Source: a virus
Taxonomy: Duplodnaviria; Caudoviricetes
Length of the DNA stretch: 64,000 nucleotides
IMG/VR virus record: IMGVR_UViG_3300027608_000010
Reading direction: 5' to 3' (one strand)
Shown here: one piece after another, positions 57,001 to 64,000 of the stretch
How the letters are laid out: the number at the start of each line of letters is the position of its first letter
Position numbering within the stretch: the stretch's first letter is position 1
The notes under the pieces: generated by a model
The model's database searches: none
Told to the model about the DNA's origin: nothing
The model's input: only the letters and a program-made list of their open reading frames with translations
Translations under genes and position numbers: made by a program

Positions 57001-60000
57001 GTATTATCAGATCCCAAGTAACTTTGATCATAATCCCTTTAATGAAGAAATCTCTACTATTAATTTAGGTGATCTGCGCGGTCATTATAAAAGTATTTGC
57101 AACAATCTAAAAACCATTGAGGGTCCTGCGTTTGGGCCTAATAATTTTAGAGATTTAGGAAACACAGTACCATATGGTACTCGAATTATTCAAAATAGCT
57201 CATCGTTAATAACACCTGCAATTTTAACAAAAGCATCAAAGTTTAATTTCTTGGATGCATTGTTGTTTAATAGTAACCAGTACACTAAATTTAAAACATC
57301 ATTGTTAGATATGGTTAACAATAATGACTACCTATCAATTCAACCGGCTTCAATTATATTAGACGATGCATTAGAGCAAATTACTAATAACAGAGATGAG
57401 ACAATGAGTTTCTTTTGGAGTGACATGATCCCATGTAAGGGAGTTCATTCTCAAAAGACATACACGTTCAATAGTTCTGTAGATGCATCAATATTTCCGC
57501 TATCACGTTTTTATGACTTTACAAATGCAAACTATTTTGGTATTTTAGTATACCTGTCTAGAATCATAGATGGTACAAAAAGAACCATTCAATTAATGAA
57601 AGATGTTGATTATGTCGTAAAAAACACTGAAAAGTTATTACGCATTAATACAGATTTGTTACCAAATGACGTTATTATTGTCAGAGAATATTCACAGACA
57701 TATGGTAATTATGTCCCGAACACCCCAACTAAATTAGGTTTCTATCCTTCATATATCCCTGAAGTTATATTAGATGACTCGTATAGTAAACCTACGTATT
57801 TTATCAAAGGACATGATGGCTCACTTACTAAGTTGTTTGGCGAATACAACAATGGTTTCTTAGAAGACAACAGAGATAGAGCATTATTAGAATTTGAAAA
57901 ACGAGTTTACAATAACTTAAAGGTTAATGCAAAGATTCCCGTAGAATACGATGAAATAATACCAGGACAATTCAGAAAATCTGATTATACATTTGACGAA
58001 ATAAATGCAATCTATGCTACTCAATTTTTGAATTGGGCAGGTAACAACAACATTGACTACACCGCCCAGACATATTTTGAAACTAATGAGTTTACATGGA
58101 ATTATAAAGGGACTAAAAATAAGTTAGATAACTCCTACGTTAATCAAGGTTACTGGAGAGGTATATATCTATGGTATTATGATACTACAACACCGCATAC
58201 TACTCCTTGGGAAATGCTAGGTTTAGTTAATAAACCTAGCTGGTGGAATAATAGATACGGTGAGGCCCCTTATACAAGTGATAATACATTGTTATGGACC
58301 GATATTAGTAATGGTTTAATTTGGAATAACGGTGACAGTTATGTTAACGAAAGAAGAATTAGATCAAGGTTATTAGAAGTATTACCAGTAGACTCGGCTG
58401 GCAGATTGATCTCTCCTTTTGTTAGTATAGTTAACTCTTACAATAGTCTGTCATTTGAAAATACATGGAACGTAGCTGATACAGGTCCTGCGGAATATAG
58501 TTACAAAAAAAGTAGTACATGGCCGTTTGATTTACTACGCATATTTGCATTAACTAAACCGGCCGAGTTTTTTAGCCTTGGTATTAACTTAGATGCATTT
58601 AGATATAACACTGAATTTAATCAATACTTAATTTTTAACAGAAAACGCCAAACTACAAGTGACATTCCTGTTTACGGTGACGGAACTGCTACCCATAGTT
58701 TGTTCAATTGGATTGTCGATTATGCAAATCAATATGGTATTGACGGACATACTCAATTAGTTGAGTATATTACAAACATTGATGTTAGACTTGCTTATAG
58801 AATGGCAGGATTTAGTGACAAGTCATTGTTAAAATTCTTTGCCGAAAAAGGTAGTCCAAATAGTAAAAACAACAGTTTATTAATACCGGATGAGAGTTTC
58901 AATATTTTATTGACACATAATCAACCAACAAAAAATATCATTTACAGCAGTGTTATTATTCAAAGAACTAGAAAAGGATATAGAGTTTATGGTAATGACA
59001 AAGAAAGATCATATTTTGTAGCTAATGATCCTAGATTCGATGGTAGATATGAAAATATTAGCATGGGTAGCCAGACAGTTAGTCTTTCTACTCACTTCTT
59101 TAATTCAACTACAATATATCCTTATGGATATGAATTTACCTCTGTGCTAACATTAGCTAATTTTCTAAACGGATATGGTAAATATCTTGCGTCTGTTGGT
59201 TTTACTTTTGAAAATATAGAAAATGGAATTGAAATCAATTGGAGACAAATGATTGTTGAAGTTCTATATTGGGTAGATTCTGGATGGGAAGAGGGTAGTG
59301 TGATTAACCTGAATCCAAATGCTTCTTCTCTGACAATTTCAAATTCAATTGGTGTGGTTCAATCATTAACCGACACAAACAATAATTTGATATTCAATCA
59401 GAATCAAATTCCAATCTCATTAAAAGACTTAGCAATAACTAGATTAGGTACAACGTTTACAGTAAAAGTATTGAATTCTGGTGATGCTATTGGTTTCTTT
59501 AAAGCTAATATAAGTTCATATGAACACATAGTTATATTTGATAACATTACTGTCTTTAATGATATTTTGTTTAATTTGAAAACAGGATTAAGACAACAAC
59601 GTTTGTTTATGCGCGGTAGCAAAACTGCTCAATGGGATGGCACGTTGAATGCACCTGGATTCATCATTAACCAAGACAATATTCTTGATTGGGAAGCAAA
59701 CGTAAGATATAGTAAAGGGTCAATTGTTAAGTATAAAAATTCTTATTGGATTTATTTACCTGCAATGAGCAAACCGCAATCTGTTTTTAAACCAGAAGAA
59801 TGGAATCCAGTCGATTACAATTTGATGCAAAAAGGATTACTACCAAATGCAAGTACTAGAGCAAAAGAATCAACATTATACTATGATAGTAATACAACGA
59901 ATCTGAAAAAAGATGCAGATCTATTGAGTTTCTCATTGATTGGATATAGACCTAGAAATTATTTCAGTGAAATAAACTTAGATGATACCACTCAAGTTAA

Positions 60001-63000
60001 TTTATACAAGAGTATGATCGTTAATAAAGGGACAAAGAATTCTTTAGACATTTTATTGGGTGCAACTCTTCAGGAAACTGATTTAAACTACACTTTCCAT
60101 GACAACTGGGCTATTAAGCAATCAGAGTATGGTGGAAAAATGAACAAAAATTTCATTGAAGTTACTTTGGATGAAAAACTGCTTGTAGGTAATCCTTCAA
60201 TAGTTTCAATCACACAAGGAATAACTGAAGATGGAGCGCACCAAGAGATTCAATTCTATGACATAAAAAATTATAGCACACCTCCTAAGGACGTAAATTT
60301 CTTACCATCTATTTCTGCGACAGAAGAAAATCTATTGCCTTCAGCAGGTTATGTTAATATTGATGATATACAAACTTATGCATTCTATCCTGGAATGTTA
60401 AATAGTGCCAACATTGGTGATTTGTATAAAAATGATTATGTTTGGGTAGCTGATGTTGCCGGGGACTGGAAAGTGTATACTCCTATAAGACTCGGAATCA
60501 ATTTAATAACAGTTCGCAATAGTTTAAACTCTCAGGCTGTGTTTGTATTTGACAATCCACATACATTGACAGAGAATGAGTTATTTGGTGTGATTAATTT
60601 TAATCCAAATATCAATGGCTATTACACAGTCATTGGTGTTTTGTCTTTGAACTCAATTAGTGTTATTAAAAATATAGACCCATCGACAACAACATTGACC
60701 GGTATAGGAATAACATTCAAATTAAGCAATCAGCGTGTTGAAAGAGCTAAAGACATTTTAGGACTACCACTGCTAAACGCAGAATATGTAAAAAATAAAG
60801 TTTGGGTTGATAAAGATGTCAATGGTGAATGGAATGTTTTACAAAAAACTAATTCTTATACTTACAAAACAGCATCTACTCCGGCCCTATCAGTTGAGTT
60901 TGGTGCAACCGTAGCTGCAATTGACTCGGGCTACTTAGTAGCCGATCCTTCTGCTGGTAAAGTATTTTATTATGTTGACTCAGCATTGTCGGCTACTGAT
61001 TGGAAATTATCAGCGACCCTATCTCAAGGTTCTGGATTTGGTAGTGCTATTGCATCAAATGATAAAATATTAGTAATCTCACAGCCAGATCCATTTGGAG
61101 ACCTAAGTAAAATTTATATTTACAGAATGGTTGCTAACTCTAAGATTAACTGTTTAGTTGAAGAACAAATAATAAGTTTTACTAACACAATGTTTGGTAC
61201 TGGAATTACTGTGGGTTCTGTGGGTACAGCATTGGCATTGTCCGGCGATGGTAACTATTTATATATTAGTGCAACTGATTTAATACTTGATGGTTCCCCA
61301 ACAGTTGGATTATTCTTCTCTTTCCAATTGGATCAGGGATTGATTTATTATGATGTTGGTTATACCCTAAGTTCTGCTATTACCCCTGGATCAACTCAAT
61401 TTGATATTTACGGTGATATTGGAACTGCACCACAAGGTCGTAGAATTACATTCACTGCTTTTGGTGTAGGAGATGATGTCTACACAATCGTAACTGCAAA
61501 ATACAATTCAAGCACATTAATTACTACAGTGTATATATACGAAACAATTCCTTATACGGTTAGTACCGGTAGTACAATGTATCTAGGAGTTTTAAATTAT
61601 AGTTTAGTCGGAGCAGTATCTAGTGAAGGTTACGGCGGATATCAAGATAAATTTGGATATTCACTTGCAACAAACCACGATGGTACTCGATTATTTGTGG
61701 GATCACCATTGGCTGACTGGAGTTATGGTGCTGGCTTAGTTGATACAGGATTTGTATTCTCATTCAATCGTTTAGTAGAAAAATGGGAAGTTGTTGGAGA
61801 CAGTCCATTAAACAGTGCGGCTCTTTTCTTCCTGTCTTGGACACCAAATTATGGATCAGCAGTTTACATTAATGAAGTAAGAGTTAATCCTTCATATTAC
61901 GTATTAATCTCCAACCTATTAGTAACTTTCTTGGAATTAAAATCAGGTGACATCATTACCGTTAGTAGCGGTAATGTATTGCTTATGCAACGATTGCAAG
62001 GTGCTGGAACCATTGACGAATTTGATAGTTTTGAAAAATTTGGATTTGCATTAGATTGTAACACTTCTGCTACTGACTTGATTGTGGGAAGTCCTAATAA
62101 CTTAGACAGTTTAGGCCACGAAGGTGCAGTGTTCAGATTTACTAATGAAGGAAAACGTACCGGTGTTATTACTGGTATAATACAATGTCATTTACTATGT
62201 CCGGTTGATATTTTCATTAATGGATTCAGAGTTAGTTTACCTGATCCTGATCCATATCAAGGGATTGCAGGAGATGCATTCTATGTTGCAAATAGGATAA
62301 ATTTGTCAGTAGTAAATAACGTGTTTGCATATGCTTCCGAAGATAATAGGTTACATATTCGCTTACGTGACTTTAATTTGGGTCCAGTTAATAATAAGTT
62401 GAACATCACTGTTTTTGGTTCTAATTATTATCACAAAGATACTTTCACTGGCGACGGTGTTACTGCGGCATTTACATTAGAAAATGCTCCAGCAAATATA
62501 TCAGCGTTGACCGTAACGATTGATGGTCTTAATATACCATATGCTGTTTTAAATAATGATAATAGTATTACTATATATTTTACTTTGACTGGCAGCGTAG
62601 TTACATTTGTTCAGGCACCATGGAATGCAGGTGAAATTATAATCACATGGACAGAAGCACTAGCTGCACCATCAACTATTCTAACTCAACTGGGTATTTC
62701 AGAATACATTACGACTGAGGTAATTACAGACCCTAGACCAAGTTCAAGAACTAGTTTTGGTTATAGTGTTAAGTTTAATGAATTGAATAGCTTCATTGTT
62801 GGTGCCCCGACCACCGACAGATATTTTAGCACCTCATTTGATTTTACAGATGATACAAATAATCATAATGATTGTGTGTTTGATAATAACTTTACTCAGT
62901 GGGAAGATATCTATAAAAATGCAGGTACTGCGTATATCTATGAATACATAGATTCACAAGGTGAGACTTTGTTGACATTGGGTAATTATACATATGCTCA

Positions 63001-64000
63001 ATCATTACCTGACTTATCTACTTCTTATGGTAAGCAACCATATTATGGCAAATCAGTTTCATTAAGAAACAATCATGCTGTTATTGGTGCACCAAGTCAT
63101 AGGTATCTTACAGGTAACAATGTTGGTCGTGCAGTCGCATATCAAAATTTAACTGGGGACAAGCATTGGTCTGTTCTACGTAAATCAACTAGTATTACAG
63201 ATGTTTCTAAAATTCAAAAAGTTCAACTATATGATAATGAAACCAATCAAACACTAGATTCGCTTGATTATTTTGACCCATTGCAAGGTAAATTATTAGG
63301 AACTATTGCTGACAACTTAGATTTTATCACTACTATAGACCCTGCAGGATACAATAATGAAATGTTCACCGGCACTATAGTTTGGACTGCTAACAAAGTA
63401 GGAACATTGTGGTTTGATATTTCTAGCACCAAATTCATGAATTATCATCAAGAAGATATTGAATATAATAGTAAATATTGGGGAGCAGTGTTTCCTGGAA
63501 GCATCGTTACGGTATACAGTTGGATTGAAAGTAATGTTATACCTATTAACTACCCGGGCCCGGGCACACCGTACGATTATTCAAGTTATAGCATGTCATA
63601 TGAGAATGATGCCGGTGGTAACTTAAATGTGCATTATTATTATTGGGTTAGAAATACTAACAAATTATTCAGTGCCCATGGAAAGACATTGACAGATACT
63701 GTTATTGAAAGTTACATCAAAGATCCTCATGGTTCTGGTATAGACTATTTTGTAGCACTTAAGCCAAATGTATTTGGTTTATATAATGTGCGAGAGTACA
63801 TCAATGAGAAAACCACAAACTTACATATAGGATATAGTTCAACTGATGTTGATATACCTATTCATTCTGAGTTCCAATTAATAAGGTCTAACTACACTAA
63901 TGATTTCTTACCTGGGTTGCCTGATGGTAGAAATTATTTGGCTCCTGAAGGCCTATATAGAAAATTTATAGAAAGTTTTGCTGGTCAAGATGATTTTGGA
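54056..64000 (+). CDS. Giant baseplate-associated protein (>3,315 aa), truncated by the window edge; FG-GAP-like propeller repeats in the distal part
   Basis: ATG at 54056 (TATAGG RBS) translates as MATQVRTIDFLPEIFKT. Spot checks at 57.0, 59.6, 60.9, 61.6 and 64.0 kb are all in the same open frame. The ORF track lists no terminated ORF in this frame, consistent with no internal stop. Confidence 0.85.
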   Translation, partial: MATQVRTIDFLPEIFKTKSNEQFLAATLDQITQQPDFVKVQGFVGSKFGYGVTASDGYVNEPTKERTDYQLEPAVVFKKKDTDVAIDAIPYSGLIDSLRTEGALGLDHNKLFNNEFYSWDSFTELDKIINYSQYYWLPQGPDDIIVATNTLFNNLDFTVTNIGAAYSLNSLLQTFTENNPTITLVRGGTYTFTVSQDSEFWIQTEPGTSGVRADSPNISTREVVGVDFNGSTQGTITFTVPLSSSQNDNYYPGNLSVDLVSDKKFDEVHGKSLSELSQIDGEVNFNGKTLLFYKSTSADIGYRGTFFDEYDFDSDSPGNVEKISIEVTQTEAIGNLIHTTSTSDLAVGSDITFSGISFGGIIVGQVYYVKTVNSSTTFTIAPTFDGTVVALTNGSTDSNAPLLAEVNVGGLEEGKTTTVNDNFYKITLVGDINNPTIYLEEHSAIPNDQRIQVTNGKEYVNRVLVRNTYGEILLVPIITANLDTLYYQDGKTETQFGKINLVDGLYLSKIDVLTDILNKPNYKSPNDVKFTNGIKVKFFGNVFPEEYLQDAYYVEGVGSSIQLIPVSEQLVPEPFTEGEAVPLDSDGFDVSPYSDSALVPALPDYITIGRGSKNKNGWSRSNRWFHVNALNLTLEKNSNSPLVLSAFNNSDVRAKRPIIEFYPDLKLFNSGAIGKPPVDFIDLNTTNAFTQVSGKLATTYHPDGASSFAFDGARIIFANDDDPKIKGQIFIVSLADNNSDYRFKVTLSKAVNGEVRFNDQTVITKGEYSKGLTYYFDGSNWHEAQSKKTINQPPLFDLFDSNGISYGNDEYYPGTDFSGTKLFSYAEGAGQPDPILKFPIKYSSITNIGDIVFESRLNSDTFNYVADSTSITSNINNGYVHSYDSNIDFTRLIGWQTAVEYSIQYQIFNLVYTGSSLICDIAAKDPESTKWPVITVYEDNQRITDYEYTTSATTTKITLLTPPPIGTPVEILIHSDQVSKIGYYQIPSNFDHNPFNEEISTINLGDLRGHYKSICNNLKTIEGPAFGPNNFRDLGNTVPYGTRIIQNSSSLITPAILTKASKFNFLDALLFNSNQYTKFKTSLLDMVNNNDYLSIQPASIILDDALEQITNNRDETMSFFWSDMIPCKGVHSQKTYTFNSSVDASIFPLSRFYDFTNANYFGILVYLSRIIDGTKRTIQLMKDVDYVVKNTEKLLRINTDLLPNDVIIVREYSQTYGNYVPNTPTKLGFYPSYIPEVILDDSYSKPTYFIKGHDGSLTKLFGEYNNGFLEDNRDRALLEFEKRVYNNLKVNAKIPVEYDEIIPGQFRKSDYTFDEINAIYATQFLNWAGNNNIDYTAQTYFETNEFTWNYKGTKNKLDNSYVNQGYWRGIYLWYYDTTTPHTTPWEMLGLVNKPSWWNNRYGEAPYTSDNTLLWTDISNGLIWNNGDSYVNERRIRSRLLEVLPVDSAGRLISPFVSIVNSYNSLSFENTWNVADTGPAEYSYKKSSTWPFDLLRIFALTKPAEFFSLGINLDAFRYNTEFNQYLIFNRKRQTTSDIPVYGDGTATHSLFNWIVDYANQYGIDGHTQLVEYITNIDVRLAYRMAGFSDKSLLKFFAEKGSPNSKNNSLLIPDESFNILLTHNQPTKNIIYSSVIIQRTRKGYRVYGNDKERSYFVANDPRFDGRYENISMGSQTVSLSTHFFNSTTIYPYGYEFTSVLTLANFLNGYGKYLASVGFTFENIENGIEINWRQMIVEVLYWVDSGWEEGSVINLNPNASSLTISNSIGVVQSLTDTNNNLIFNQNQIPISLKDLAITRLGTTFTVKVLNSGDAIGFFKANISSYEHIVIFDNITVFNDILFNLKTGLRQQRLFMRGSKTAQWDGTLNAPGFIINQDNILDWEANVRYSKGSIVKYKNSYWIYLPAMSKPQSVFKPEEWNPVDYNLMQKGLLPNASTRAKESTLYYDSNTTNLKKDADLLSFSLIGYRPRNYFSEINLDDTTQVNLYKSMIVNKGTKNSLDILLGATLQETDLNYTFHDNWAIKQSEYGGKMNKNFIEVTLDEKLLVGNPSIVSITQGITEDGAHQEIQFYDIKNYSTPPKDVNFLPSISATEENLLPSAGYVNIDDIQTYAFYPGMLNSANIGDLYKNDYVWVADVAGDWKVYTPIRLGINLITVRNSLNSQAVFVFDNPHTLTENELFGVINFNPNINGYYTVIGVLSLNSISVIKNIDPSTTTLTGIGITFKLSNQRVERAKDILGLPLLNAEYVKNKVWVDKDVNGEWNVLQKTNSYTYKTASTPALSVEFGATVAAIDSGYLVADPSAGKVFYYVDSALSATDWKLSATLSQGSGFGSAIASNDKILVISQPDPFGDLSKIYIYRMVANSKINCLVEEQIISFTNTMFGTGITVGSVGTALALSGDGNYLYISATDLILDGSPTVGLFFSFQLDQGLIYYDVGYTLSSAITPGSTQFDIYGDIGTAPQGRRITFTAFGVGDDVYTIVTAKYNSSTLITTVYIYETIPYTVSTGSTMYLGVLNYSLVGAVSSEGYGGYQDKFGYSLATNHDGTRLFVGSPLADWSYGAGLVDTGFVFSFNRLVEKWEVVGDSPLNSAALFFLSWTPNYGSAVYINEVRVNPSYYVLISNLLVTFLELKSGDIITVSSGNVLLMQRLQGAGTIDEFDSFEKFGFALDCNTSATDLIVGSPNNLDSLGHEGAVFRFTNEGKRTGVITGIIQCHLLCPVDIFINGFRVSLPDPDPYQGIAGDAFYVANRINLSVVNNVFAYASEDNRLHIRLRDFNLGPVNNKLNITVFGSNYYHKDTFTGDGVTAAFTLENAPANISALTVTIDGLNIPYAVLNNDNSITIYFTLTGSVVTFVQAPWNAGEIIITWTEALAAPSTILTQLGISEYITTEVITDPRPSSRTSFGYSVKFNELNSFIVGAPTTDRYFSTSFDFTDDTNNHNDCVFDNNFTQWEDIYKNAGTAYIYEYIDSQGETLLTLGNYTYAQSLPDLSTSYGKQPYYGKSVSLRNNHAVIGAPSHRYLTGNNVGRAVAYQNLTGDKHWSVLRKSTSITDVSKIQKVQLYDNETNQTLDSLDYFDPLQGKLLGTIADNLDFITTIDPAGYNNEMFTGTIVWTANKVGTLWFDISSTKFMNYHQEDIEYNSKYWGAVFPGSIVTVYSWIESNVIPINYPGPGTPYDYSSYSMSYENDAGGNLNVHYYYWVRNTNKLFSAHGKTLTDTVIESYIKDPHGSGIDYFVALKPNVFGLYNVREYINEKTTNLHIGYSSTDVDIPIHSEFQLIRSNYTNDFLPGLPDGRNYLAPEGLYRKFIESFAGQDDFG

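Noticed and set aside
41796-64000. Baseplate operon interpreted as an eCIS, tailocin or T6SS locus
   Set aside because: Portal, protease, scaffold, major capsid, late sigma and recombination genes in the same window show it is a complete phage.
1-64000. CRISPR arrays, tRNAs, IS elements, introns or inteins, homing endonucleases
   Set aside because: No repeat-spacer periodicity, cloverleaf, transposase or intein motifs seen. GGN/CCN runs are Gly codons. The portal, gp46 and gp47 frames are uninterrupted.
1-64000. Stop-codon reassignment, as seen in some jumbo phages
   Set aside because: Core genes translate full-length with the standard code and end at TAA, TAG or TGA at the expected positions.

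Overview
This window is part of a large, AT-rich, T4-superfamily myovirus genome, probably a jumbo phage. It is not a bacterial chromosome. Four blocks are visible. (i) 1-26.1 kb (minus strand): about 13 fibre-, adhesin- and Gly-rich structural genes built from shuffled and duplicated modules. (ii) 26.2-35.4 kb (minus): head module (small post-capsid gene, gp23, gp22, gp21, acidic core protein, small basic protein, gp20 portal) and a tape-measure-like protein with a C-terminal LAS/M15 Zn-peptidase motif. (iii) 35.5-41.7 kb: a gp26/gp51-like pair (plus) joined by a candidate -1 frameshift site, a ~480-nt hairpin-dense non-coding region, then a Holliday-junction resolvase, gp46, gp47 and a gp55-like late sigma factor (minus). 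(iv) 41.8-64 kb (plus): baseplate operon (tube initiator, gp53, hub, gp5-like spike, gp25, gp6, and a >3,315-aa giant protein running off the window). Two long ORFs that cross the window edges (<1-1931 minus; 54056->64000 plus) are missing from the supplied ORF track. The best leads are: a P2/lambda-style T TTT TTC frameshift that could fuse gp26 and gp51; a possible undescribed structured ncRNA with GNRA hairpins and a pseudoknot; a 95-bp direct repeat producing a chimeric mini-gp53; and paired fibre/tip-adaptor modules with and without a lectin insert. No database searches were run. All family assignments come from motif recognition by eye.
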